Source: Lamprocystis purpurea DSM 4197
GTDB taxonomy: Bacteria > Pseudomonadota > Gammaproteobacteria > Chromatiales > Chromatiaceae
Length of the DNA: 32,000 bases
NCBI RefSeq assembly: GCF_000379525.1
Contig: NZ_KB902522.1
Coordinates: forward strand, 17,265 to 49,264
Reading direction: 5' to 3'
In this document: positions 16,924-24,987 of the stretch, piece by piece
Layout: each line of letters begins with the position of its first letter
How positions within the stretch are numbered: position 1 is the stretch's first letter
Position numbers and translations under genes: made by a program
The notes under the pieces: model-generated
Told to the model about the DNA's origin: nothing
Databases searched by the model: none
What the model saw: only the letters and a program-made list of their open reading frames with translations

Positions 16924-17517
16924 TCAGTCCACGCGTCCGCGTTGCAGCGCCTCGTAGCGCGTCTTGAATGCCTCTTGACGGAGCCTGGCGGCCTCGGCCT
17001 CGCTGGCGGCGAGCGGGGCGTCCTGCCAGGTCTGGCTTTCGTGGTCGAAGACGGAGAAGCGCCAGCCCTTACCGACCTTGAAGACCTTGGTGACATCATT
17101 GCCGGCCTGCTCCATGGCCGCGAGCTTGCTCAGGCCGCCGCGCGGAGCGCTCGCCGTCCGGACCGGGGTCGGCGCCGCGGCCGCCGGCTGGTGGTCGGCC
17201 AGGTTGAAGCGGTTGTTCTGGATCTCGCCATGGATGTCCAATTCGACCGACTCCACCCCGGGCAGGCGGGAGAGGATGTACCCGGCCATGAGCCGGCCGA
17301 GTTTGTCGTTTTCCTGCTCCAGCGCGGTCAGGAGCTTGTCCGCAACGATCTGGCACCGCTGCACGCGATCGGGTGCGCCGACCCACTCCCGGCTCATCTG
17401 CCGGCCCTGGTCCATGTCGCGGTCCAGTTGCGCAAAAAAAGGCCCGGCCGCGGCGAGCAGCGCATCGGGTACGTTGAGTTCGTAGACTTGATCGTCGATG
17501 ATGGCTTTGAGAATCAT
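16924..17517 (-). CDS. Hypothetical protein, 197 aa, co-oriented with and tightly linked to the SLC13 permease
   Basis: Clean ORF with a non-repetitive sequence and a 4-nt gap to the downstream gene. I recognise no family. Confidence 0.5.
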   Translation of the reverse strand: MILKAIIDDQVYELNVPDALLAAAGPFFAQLDRDMDQGRQMSREWVGAPDRVQRCQIVADKLLTALEQENDKLGRLMAGYILSRLPGVESVELDIHGEIQNNRFNLADHQPAAAAPTPVRTASAPRGGLSKLAAMEQAGNDVTKVFKVGKGWRFSVFDHESQTWQDAPLAASEAEAARLRQEAFKTRYEALQRGRVD

Positions 17518-17629
17518 CCGGTCACTGCGCGGGTAGTTGGCTTGGCGTCGATTCTACCGCCGATGGGTCGCGATAGGTCGCGCTGCTTCGGCGTTCATTT
17601 GCGGCTCATCGCTCTTCGGGACCTGACTT

Positions 17630-18304
17630 ATGCTCCTGACCATCCCCGGGCTGCTGAATGCGGCCCAACTCGCCAAGATCCACGCCACTCTGGAAGGCGC
17701 CGAGTTCGTCGACGGCCGGCTCACCGCCGGGTTTGCCGCCGGTCGGGTCAAGCACAATCTGGAGCTGCGCCCCGAACCGGAGCGGATGCAGCGCCTGATT
17801 CGCATTCTCATGGCCAGTCTCGGCCACCATGAGACCTTCCGCTTCGCCTGCCTGCCCCATCGGGTAGCCGATCCGATCTTCGCCCGCTATACATCGGGGA
17901 TGCGCTACGGTGACCACGTGGATGATGCGATCATGGGCACCCAGGGGCCGCGGTTTCGCACCGATGTCTCGCTGACCTGCTTCCTCAACCCGCCGGATGC
18001 CTACGACGGCGGTGAACTGGTGATCCGCACCCCCTTCGGTGACCGTCAGGTCAAGCTCCCCGCGGGCGATGCGGTCGTCTATCCGTCGTCCAGCCTGCAC
18101 CGGGTGGCGGAAGTCACACGCGGTGAGCGGCTGGTGGCCCTGACCTGGGTGCAGAGTTATGTGCGGGACCCGGCGCGCCGCGAACTGCTCTACGAACTCA
18201 ACCTGGCGCGGGAGGATCTGCTGCGCGCGGCTCCCGGCACCGCGACTACCGGTTATGTGGACCGTTCCTATGCCAACCTGCTGCGCATGTGGAGTGACCT
18301 GTGA
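17630..18304 (+). CDS. PiuC/YbiX-like Fe(II)/2-oxoglutarate-dependent hydroxylase
   Basis: N-terminus MLLTIPGLLNAAQL…FVDGRLTAG and the HVDDA…SSSLHRV facial-triad pattern are typical of PKHD-type hydroxylases. Confidence 0.8.
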   Translation: MLLTIPGLLNAAQLAKIHATLEGAEFVDGRLTAGFAAGRVKHNLELRPEPERMQRLIRILMASLGHHETFRFACLPHRVADPIFARYTSGMRYGDHVDDAIMGTQGPRFRTDVSLTCFLNPPDAYDGGELVIRTPFGDRQVKLPAGDAVVYPSSSLHRVAEVTRGERLVALTWVQSYVRDPARRELLYELNLAREDLLRAAPGTATTGYVDRSYANLLRMWSDL

Positions 18305-19203
18305 CGGCGCACCTCGCGGCATTGCGCGGCGTGGTCGCCGTCGGCGGGGGGACGGGATTGGGGCGTACCCTGCGCGCCCTGAGCTTCCTCGGGCCGCGGC
18401 TTACCGGCGTCGTGGCCACCACCGACAACGGCGGTTCGACCGGTTGGATTCGCGAACAGGCGGGCGGGATCGCCTGGGGGGATATCCGCAACTGTCTCAA
18501 TCAGGTGGTGGATCAACAGACCCTCGGGAGCCTGCTCCTGGAGTACCGCTTCGTCGATGCCGGTGAACTGTCCGGACACAGCCTGGGCAACCTCATCATG
18601 CTGGCCCTGGATCAGCTCTCGCCGCGTCCGCTGCTTGCCATCGACCTGATCCGCGAATTGCTGGAGGTCGAACTGCGGCTCGTTCCGATGTGCGAGACCG
18701 GGTCCCATCTGGCGGCCCGCTATGCCGACGGCCGGCCGGTTCGCGGTGAGTTGCACCTGGACGCCATGACCGAGGTCCCGACGGGGGTTTGGCTCGACCC
18801 CGTGGTCGCCGCCACCCCGGAGGCGTTGCAGGCGGTGCTGGGTGCGGATTTGATCCTGTTCGGGCCGGGGAGTTTCATGACCAGCATTCTCCCCGCCCTG
18901 TTGTTGCCCGACTTTCGGGCGGCTGTTGCCGCCTCGCCGGCGCAGCGCGTCCTGATCGGCAACCTGCACCCGGAGTGCGGCCCGGTGGGTCTGCTCGATC
19001 CGGCGCAACTGCTGCGCTGGACCCGGGAGGTCCTGGGTGCCCAGGTGTTCGATACGCTGCTGTGGCCCGAGTCCCGGCCGGTACCGGTACCGGAACCGGA
19101 CGGGATCAGGGTGGTGATCGCCGACGTGGCGACGCCGGATCAACTGCGTCACGACCCGCAACTGCTGGTCGGGGCAATCGAGCGTTGTTTAGGAGGTTGC
19201 TGA
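18301..19203 (+). CDS. YvcK/CofD-family (UPF0052, 2-phospho-L-lactate-transferase-like) protein
   Basis: VVAVGGGTGLGRTL and VVATTDNGGSTG motifs. The GTG start overlaps the upstream stop (GTGA). Confidence 0.75.
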   Translation: MTAHLAALRGVVAVGGGTGLGRTLRALSFLGPRLTGVVATTDNGGSTGWIREQAGGIAWGDIRNCLNQVVDQQTLGSLLLEYRFVDAGELSGHSLGNLIMLALDQLSPRPLLAIDLIRELLEVELRLVPMCETGSHLAARYADGRPVRGELHLDAMTEVPTGVWLDPVVAATPEALQAVLGADLILFGPGSFMTSILPALLLPDFRAAVAASPAQRVLIGNLHPECGPVGLLDPAQLLRWTREVLGAQVFDTLLWPESRPVPVPEPDGIRVVIADVATPDQLRHDPQLLVGAIERCLGGC

Positions 19204-19204
19204 G

Positions 19205-21439
19205 ATGTCCCCTGGTCATAGCGCCGTCTGGCTGGTCTGCGGTCTTGCGTTGTTTGCCCGGGTCCCGCACGCCGCGCCGGAGGCGGCGTTGGACGATGAT
19301 TTCGCCGCGGTCTGCCGCAGCGCCTTCGCGTTGGCGCAGGAGGCCTATCAGACGCCCGTCTCGGTCGATCTGCCGGCCTTCGACGCACCGGGCGACGGGA
19401 ACAAGGGGGGCCTGGGGTTGGTGTATGAGGAGTATTTGAAGATCACCGCGCGGCAGCCGCTGTTCGACGACGGCACCCTCTGGGTGCGGTCACGTCCGCG
19501 GGGCGGTGTCGAGCGGTTCCCGCTGGAACTGTGGTACACACCAGCGGTGGGTGCCGCCTATCGCAGTCGGCCGTACCGTGCGGACGATTTCGACTATTCC
19601 TCACCGGTGATCGAGCCGCCGCTGCCGACGCCGGTGCCGGCGGCCGCCGGGGTGCTGACGGCTCTGGAAATCGGGCGGCGGCTGGCGGAGTCCAAACGGT
19701 GGCCGCAGGTCATGTATCTCGGGGGTAATGCCTATGGCCGGCTGAGCGGGCTCACGTCGGTCTTTGGTTCGAGTCTGCGTCTGGCGGCCTTCGATGTCGG
19801 GGGCGAGGAGGTCAAGCCGCGCCTCACCCGGATCTATGTCAAGGCCCTGCCGGATGCCCGCCTGGCCCTGTTCGGCGTGATCGAGAGTGCTCCGTTCAAC
19901 GGCTGCGTCCAGGCTCTGGTGACCCCCGGCTTAGCCAGCCGGATGCAGGTGAGTCTCAAGTTCTATCCGCGCCCGGGCGTCGCGGTTGCTCCCGCGGCCA
20001 GGGTGAGCCCGCTGGCCATCAGCAGCATGTTCTGGAAGGGCGAGGCGGCGACCCCCGCCGATCCGGCGGATGAAGCTCATGACGCGGATCAGTTCCTGGT
20101 GTGCGGTCAGGGCGCCCTGGGCATCGAGGGCCTGGTACCGGCGCACCATGAATCGCCGGATCAGTTTCGCCGTTTCGACGCTGCACCCTGTTTCGGGTTG
20201 ATGCAACGTGATCGCGCGCCGGCGCACTATGGCGCCTACGCCATTGCCGGATATGCGCGGCGCGCCAGCTTCTGGTTCGACGAACTCCAGTCCGATCAAC
20301 CCTTTTCGATCAATCTCTATACCCATGGCACGACCTACGAGGGTGAGGATAACGTGGTGGCCTACGTGGCCTTCCGCGATGCCCTGCCGCCGGCGCCCAC
20401 CGCGGCGGCAGGCACCCGTTTCAGCTATACGCTGACGGCGACACTGGCCCCGCCGCCTGTGGGGGCGGAGGTGGCGCCGGTCCCCGCGGCTGAAACGCCG
20501 CTGTGGTCTGCTTCGACCCTGATGTCCGCCGACGCGCGGCGGGCGGATCTGGTGCTGGATTTCGGCTCCGCGGGCCTCTGGCAGTGGCTCAACGACACCC
20601 AATGGAGCCAACTGTCCGAGACTGCGTCGGACGGCCTGGTGCTCGGCGACTTCGATGGTGACAGCGTTGCGGATCTGGTCGTCGACCGCGGTCCCGCGGG
20701 GCTGCAACGTCGACTGAACCAGGGTGCCGAGGACGCATTCGAACCACGCCCGGCCCGCCAACTGCTGAGTGGCGATCTTGACGGCGATGGACGCGCCGAG
20801 GTGCTTGCCGACTTCGGCGCGGGTGGTCTTGCGGTGCGCAAGCCCAACACCGGCTGGGAAGTCATCCCGGCGCCGCCGGGCGGCGTGCCCCCGACCAACC
20901 TGGCGCTCGGCGACCTCGACGGCGATCAGCAGGCGGACCTGGTGGCCGATTTGGGTCCGGCGGGTCTCTGGGCCCTGCTGCATCAGTTGAACGGAACCGT
21001 GTGGGTCAAACTGCACTCGGCCGCGACCCAGGGCCTGCTCATTGCCGATATCGACGGCGATGGTCTGGGCAATCTGGTCGCGAATCGCGGCGCCGATGGC
21101 GTCTGGATTTCCCGCGATCAGCGATGGGAGCGTCTGCACCCCGGCCCGCCGAAGCACATGGCGGCCGGCGATTTTGACGGCAATGGACGGCTCGACCTCG
21201 CCTTCGATCTGGGCGGCGACGGCCTCTGGTTGTGGATGAATGACGGGGTCTGGAGCCGCGTCGACACGATGAGCGCGGATCTCCTGCTGACGGTCGATCT
21301 GGACGGCAATGGCGCCGACGACTTGCTGCTGAGTCAGGGAGCGGCTGGAACCAATGTCTGGATGAACAACCAGACGTGGCGGCACCTTCACGACCGTCCG
21401 GTCCGGTATGCGGCCGCGGGCCATCGCGATGGGCAATGA
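19205..21439 (+). CDS. Secreted fusion protein: OpgG/MdoG-like glucan-binding domain plus a C-terminal seven-unit FG-GAP/VCBS-like repeat region
   Basis: Signal peptide present. Blocks ISSMFWKG, CFGLMQRDR and GEDNVVAYV…RFSYTLTA parallel E. coli OpgG. The C-terminus has six DxDGD/N loops (GDFDGDSVADL, GDLDGDGRAEV, GDLDGDQQADL, ADIDGDGLGNL, GDFDGNGRLDL, VDLDGNGADDL) plus one degenerate unit. Confidence 0.7.
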   Translation: MSPGHSAVWLVCGLALFARVPHAAPEAALDDDFAAVCRSAFALAQEAYQTPVSVDLPAFDAPGDGNKGGLGLVYEEYLKITARQPLFDDGTLWVRSRPRGGVERFPLELWYTPAVGAAYRSRPYRADDFDYSSPVIEPPLPTPVPAAAGVLTALEIGRRLAESKRWPQVMYLGGNAYGRLSGLTSVFGSSLRLAAFDVGGEEVKPRLTRIYVKALPDARLALFGVIESAPFNGCVQALVTPGLASRMQVSLKFYPRPGVAVAPAARVSPLAISSMFWKGEAATPADPADEAHDADQFLVCGQGALGIEGLVPAHHESPDQFRRFDAAPCFGLMQRDRAPAHYGAYAIAGYARRASFWFDELQSDQPFSINLYTHGTTYEGEDNVVAYVAFRDALPPAPTAAAGTRFSYTLTATLAPPPVGAEVAPVPAAETPLWSASTLMSADARRADLVLDFGSAGLWQWLNDTQWSQLSETASDGLVLGDFDGDSVADLVVDRGPAGLQRRLNQGAEDAFEPRPARQLLSGDLDGDGRAEVLADFGAGGLAVRKPNTGWEVIPAPPGGVPPTNLALGDLDGDQQADLVADLGPAGLWALLHQLNGTVWVKLHSAATQGLLIADIDGDGLGNLVANRGADGVWISRDQRWERLHPGPPKHMAAGDFDGNGRLDLAFDLGGDGLWLWMNDGVWSRVDTMSADLLLTVDLDGNGADDLLLSQGAAGTNVWMNNQTWRHLHDRPVRYAAAGHRDGQ

Positions 21440-21448
21440 CGCATCGCC

Positions 21449-21770
21449 ACCGGCCGTCTTGGCAGTCCGAGCGTCCGTGCTAGACTCCCTGTGAACCGCG
21501 CCGTTCAGGCGCCACGCTGCCGCGAGGGCATCACTATGGGCTTTACCCCGGATTTGCCGCGGGTGGACCTGCGCGTTCCGCCCGCTGTCAGATTGGATGA
21601 CGCGCTGTTCTTTGCCATCTGTCAGGCCAATCGGGAGTACCGGATCGAGCGCAGTGCCAGAGGAGATATCCGCATCATGCCGCCAACGGGAGGGATCACG
21701 GGGAAACGCAACTCGGATCTGATCATTGATCTGGGTCTCTGGGCCAGACAGAACGGTCGCGGTGTCGTGT
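21449..21770 (+). repeat. Direct repeat R1, copy 1 (Uma2 promoter region plus the 5' 235 bp of the gene)
   Basis: Aligns by eye over about 320 bp with 23459-23779, roughly nine in ten positions identical. Confidence 0.9.
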
Positions 21771-22141
21771 TCGATTCGTCGACCGGTTTTGTGCTGCCGA
21801 ACGGTGCCGTACTTTCACCTGATTGCTCCTGGGTACTGCGCGAGCGATTAGCGCGGCTGAGTGACAAGGAAAAAAAGCAGTTTCTGCCCCTGGCTCCGGA
21901 CTTCGTTATTGAATTGGCATCGGTGAGCGATCACCGGACCGAACTCATTGCCAAAATGCGCGAATACCGGGCGAATGGCGTGCGGCTCGGCTGGCTGATC
22001 CTGCCGACAGCTCGGCAGGTCTATCGTTTTCCCGAGCAAGGGGCGGAGGAGTGCCTGGATGACCCTGGTACCCTAACCGATGAGACGGTCCTGCCGGGTT
22101 TCCGGCTGGATCTGTCCGGGGTCTGGGCGGAGGGGTTCTGA
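21536..22141 (+). CDS. Uma2-family (DUF820) putative restriction-type endonuclease
   Basis: …GDIRIMPPTGGITGKRNSDLI… and the PD-(D/E)xK-like core APDFVIELASVSD…K…Y…GVRLGWLILP. Start taken at the internal ATG (MGFTPD). Confidence 0.8.
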   Translation: MGFTPDLPRVDLRVPPAVRLDDALFFAICQANREYRIERSARGDIRIMPPTGGITGKRNSDLIIDLGLWARQNGRGVVFDSSTGFVLPNGAVLSPDCSWVLRERLARLSDKEKKQFLPLAPDFVIELASVSDHRTELIAKMREYRANGVRLGWLILPTARQVYRFPEQGAEECLDDPGTLTDETVLPGFRLDLSGVWAEGF

Positions 22142-22161
22142 GCGGCTCGATTGCGTTCTGC

Positions 22162-22286
22162 GGCCTTGATCGTAATCCCGGCCGGCGGCGTGCGTAGTCA
22201 GGGCTTCCAGCCCTGACGGTGTCAGGCCAGGATGGCCTGACTACGCACCCGGCGAGCCCAAGTGGCCGGAATCTTGATTGAGGCCC
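22162..22286. repeat. Structured 125-bp palindromic element R2, copy 1
   Basis: Imperfect terminal inverted repeats (GGCCTTGATCGTAATCCCGGCC / GGCCGGAATCTTGATTGAGGCC) enclose two adjacent hairpins: GTCAGGGCttccaGCCCTGAC and GTCAGGCCaggatGGCCTGAC. A near-identical copy lies at 23880-24004. Confidence 0.85.
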
Positions 22287-22338
22287 GTTCTGCCGCGTGG
22301 CTGTCACCATTCATCGTTAGGCTTGGAATTCACGTCAC

Positions 22339-23397
22339 ATGAGTCGCATCGGTCGAGCCATCTCCCTGGCGCCGCTGTTGGTTGCGCTGGTCTGCACTCC
22401 CGCCTCGGGCGAGGTGTTCAAGTATCAGGACGCCGACGGCAGTTGGCATTTCACCGATCGTCCCCCGCCGGGGGCGCGAGTGCCCCAGCCGTCGCCCGCG
22501 GCGGCCGATCAACCCGCTGCGACCCGCGACTTGGCGGAACGGCTGGCCGCCCGCTTTGGCGGCGGTACCCCGGTGCAGCAGGCGACGCTGGCGACCGTTG
22601 CGATCAAGGCGCAGTCCGGTGAGGGCGCCGGGTTTTTCATCAGGGAGAACGGCTACATCCTGACGAATCGGCATGTGGTGCGCCCGACAATGGAGCCGGG
22701 CGATGACGAGCAGCGGTTGTTCAATGAGATGGAGCGGCGCCTGCGGACGATGGAAACGGAACTCGCGGCGCGCCGTAAGCGTGCGGACGGTGCCGCGGCC
22801 CAGCTTGCCGAACTCAAGCGGCAGGGTCAAGGCGGCAGCGCTCAGTCGCGCGCGCTTGCGCGTGAAGCCGAGTACTTCAAATCGGCGACCGTCGACCTGG
22901 CGGCCGAGGTGGAAGAAGGGCAGCGCATGCTGAACAAGGCCAAGCTGGACAACAGCGTAAAGAACAGCAGTGCGATGGTACAAAGCACCTTCACCATCGT
23001 ACTGAAAGACGGAGAGCAACTCACGGCCCGCCTGATCGGCGTCAGCGAGCCCCACGATCTGGCGCTCCTCAAGCTCGATGGCTATCGAACGCCGGCACTG
23101 CCGGTCGCCGTTCAGCAATTCCCGGGGCAGGGGGATGCCGTCTATGCCATCGGCAATCCCCTGGGGGTCTCCGACAGCGTGACCTCCGGCCGCGTGACGC
23201 GACTGGGAACCGAGCAGATCCTGACCGATGTCCAGTTGCTGCCCGGCAACAGCGGCGGCCCACTGGTCAATGAAGCGGGGGAAGTCATCGCCGTCAACTT
23301 CGCCAAGCTCACCCAGGGCGGCGATGCCAACTACCAGGGGTTCGGAATGGCGATCCCGATTGCGATTGCCCGCGCTGCCTTTCCGGAGTTGCGCTGA
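22339..23397 (+). CDS. Secreted DUF4124-domain plus trypsin-like (S1/DegP-type, no PDZ) serine protease
   Basis: Signal peptide, then a DUF4124-like VFKYQDADGSWHFTDRPP. Catalytic triad contexts TNRHVV, HDLALLKL and GNSGGPLV. About 100 aa of charged, coiled-coil-like sequence is inserted between the His and Asp. Confidence 0.8.
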   Translation: MSRIGRAISLAPLLVALVCTPASGEVFKYQDADGSWHFTDRPPPGARVPQPSPAAADQPAATRDLAERLAARFGGGTPVQQATLATVAIKAQSGEGAGFFIRENGYILTNRHVVRPTMEPGDDEQRLFNEMERRLRTMETELAARRKRADGAAAQLAELKRQGQGGSAQSRALAREAEYFKSATVDLAAEVEEGQRMLNKAKLDNSVKNSSAMVQSTFTIVLKDGEQLTARLIGVSEPHDLALLKLDGYRTPALPVAVQQFPGQGDAVYAIGNPLGVSDSVTSGRVTRLGTEQILTDVQLLPGNSGGPLVNEAGEVIAVNFAKLTQGGDANYQGFGMAIPIAIARAAFPELR

Positions 23398-23458
23398 GCG
23401 GGGGGCTTCGATCGATTCGGCCCGCGCGTCAGGCGCTATTCGCGTCAGGATGAAGTGT

Positions 23459-23779
23459 TACCGGCCGTCTTGGCAGACCGCGCGTCCGTGCTGGACTCAT
23501 CGAATTGCGCTGCTCAGGCGCCACGCTGCCGCGAGGGCATCACCATGGGCTTTACCCACGATTTCCCGCGGGTTGATCTACGCGTCCCGCCCGCTGTCAG
23601 ATTGGATGACGCGCTGTTTTTCGCCATCTGTCAGGCCAATCGGGAGTATCGGATCGAGCGCAGTGCCAGTGGAGATATCCGCATCATGCCGCCAACCGGA
23701 GGGATCACGGGGAAACGCAACTCTGATCTGATCATCGACCTGGGTCTCTAGGCCAGACAGAACGGTCGCGGTGTCGTGT
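23459..23779 (+). repeat. Direct repeat R1, copy 2
   Basis: See the feature at 21449-21770. Confidence 0.9.
23545..23779 (+). pseudogene. Truncated Uma2-family endonuclease gene fragment
   Basis: Encodes the first 68 residues, nearly identical to 21536…. TGG becomes TAG at 23749-23751. Homology to the intact copy stops at 23779, so the catalytic half is missing. Confidence 0.8.
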
Positions 23780-23879
23780 CTGAGGCGATTTCCGTCAAAT
23801 ATGGGCCATAGCTTCTTGATACCCTGTTCCAAGAGAAATTCTAATCGGGGGAATCGACATGAGCACGCGCCCACAACCG

Positions 23880-24004
23880 GGCCTTGATCGTAATCCCGGC
23901 CAGCGGCGTGCGTCGTCAGGGCTTCCAGCCCTGACGGGGTCAGGCCAGGATGGCCTGACTACGCACCCGGCGAGCCCAAGTAGCCGGAATCTTGATCGAG
24001 GCCC
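23880..24004. repeat. Structured 125-bp palindromic element R2, copy 2
   Basis: Near-identical to 22162-22286, in the same position relative to the Uma2 sequence. Confidence 0.85.
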
Positions 24005-24104
24005 ACGACCGCAACCTACGCTGTACGAACAGCGCGCCTAACCTGACCACGACTGAAGTAGCCGCCGACAGCGCCCTCTAATCACATATTCCGGACGATC
24101 CGGA

Positions 24105-24704
24105 TCAAAGTTCGTCCAAGATAGCCTGCGCCCAGGCGTTGATTGGTCCATAGGTCTTCACCAATTGGCCGTCGGTGGTGCGGAAAAGGAGCCGTGCAAG
24201 GCAATCTTCGACTGAGTTGTCATAGACGTAGGCGCGATTTGCCAGACGCACAGCAACCCCGCAGTTGATCAGCGAACGCTTGTAGCGGTCAATGATCTTG
24301 GCGATCGGCACATCATGGCCGCCTTGCATGACCCGCAAGGCGACGCGCTTGGCGTTGATCGAGGGGTCATCGGTGCCGACGAAAAATACCCGGACGAAAA
24401 ACCCTGCGCCCCGCGCGCGGCGGATGAAATCCAGCTTGTCAGGCATGGACAGCACGGTCTCGAACGCAAGGCTACGTCCCTGGGTCAGACAGGTTTCACG
24501 TATCTCCGCGGCACGGCGCGCAGCCTGGAGCACGGCCGCTGGGGCATTCCAGTCGCCGAACTCGTCCCGCGCAATGTAATCCGGATTCACATACGCGCAG
24601 CCGCCCATCCACTCATGGCGGAGCAGCTGCTCAGTAATAGATGTCTTGCCCGCCCCATTTGGGCCGGCGACCACGATCAGTCGCGGCCTTTCAGGTGCGT
24701 TCAT
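24105..24704 (-). CDS. Zeta-toxin-family / COG4185-type P-loop kinase-like ATPase (putative toxin)
   Basis: Walker A LIVVAGPNGAGKTS, then SLAFETVLS, FFVGTDDPSINAKRVALRVMQGGHDVP and YVYDNS, collinear with the zeta-toxin-like family as I recall it. Confidence 0.8.
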   Translation of the reverse strand: MNAPERPRLIVVAGPNGAGKTSITEQLLRHEWMGGCAYVNPDYIARDEFGDWNAPAAVLQAARRAAEIRETCLTQGRSLAFETVLSMPDKLDFIRRARGAGFFVRVFFVGTDDPSINAKRVALRVMQGGHDVPIAKIIDRYKRSLINCGVAVRLANRAYVYDNSVEDCLARLLFRTTDGQLVKTYGPINAWAQAILDEL

Positions 24705-24939
24705 GTGTCTGCGGGTCAGCCATGGCAGTCGCGAGCCCTGCTTTCAGGCTCGTCAACAGTTCGCTGCGCACCCGCTCGCCCCGGCGGCGCGCCTCTTCGG
24801 CAACGCATTCCATCAGTGCGGCCAGTTGCTCGTCAGTCGGCTCATGCTCAATGTCGTTGAGGTCGAAGTGTGCGGGGTCCATCGTCGGGTCCAGATTGAG
24901 TGGGGTCGCATATTTCGCGTGCATATTTATCCGATACAC
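24691..24939 (-). CDS. Small acidic protein upstream of and overlapping the zeta-like gene (putative cognate antitoxin)
   Basis: 14-nt overlap with the downstream toxin-like gene and a helical, acidic sequence. No family recognised. The start may be the second Met (24924). Confidence 0.45.
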   Translation of the reverse strand: MYRINMHAKYATPLNLDPTMDPAHFDLNDIEHEPTDEQLAALMECVAEEARRRGERVRSELLTSLKAGLATAMADPQTHERT

Positions 24940-24987
24940 CCGAGATGCGAACAGATTGCCTTGTGTATCCGCTTCAACAGGACGATG

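Noticed and set aside
16726-17832. 368-aa + strand ORF spanning the permease start, the 197-aa gene and the piuC start
   Set aside because: It crosses three better-supported genes and an intergenic region, and its composition is low complexity.
18268-19161. 297-aa minus-strand ORF
   Set aside because: Antisense to the CofD/YvcK-like gene, which has the family GGGTG and TTDNGGSTG motifs.
19931-21436. 501-aa minus-strand ORF
   Set aside because: It is antisense to the OpgG-FG-GAP gene, whose product has clear domain repeats. The translation is Arg/Gly/Ala-rich low complexity, typical of shadow ORFs in high-GC DNA.
23859-24041. 60-aa + strand ORF
   Set aside because: It lies entirely within repeat element R2 and its flank. 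The equivalent region of copy 1 is not an ORF of the same frame or length.
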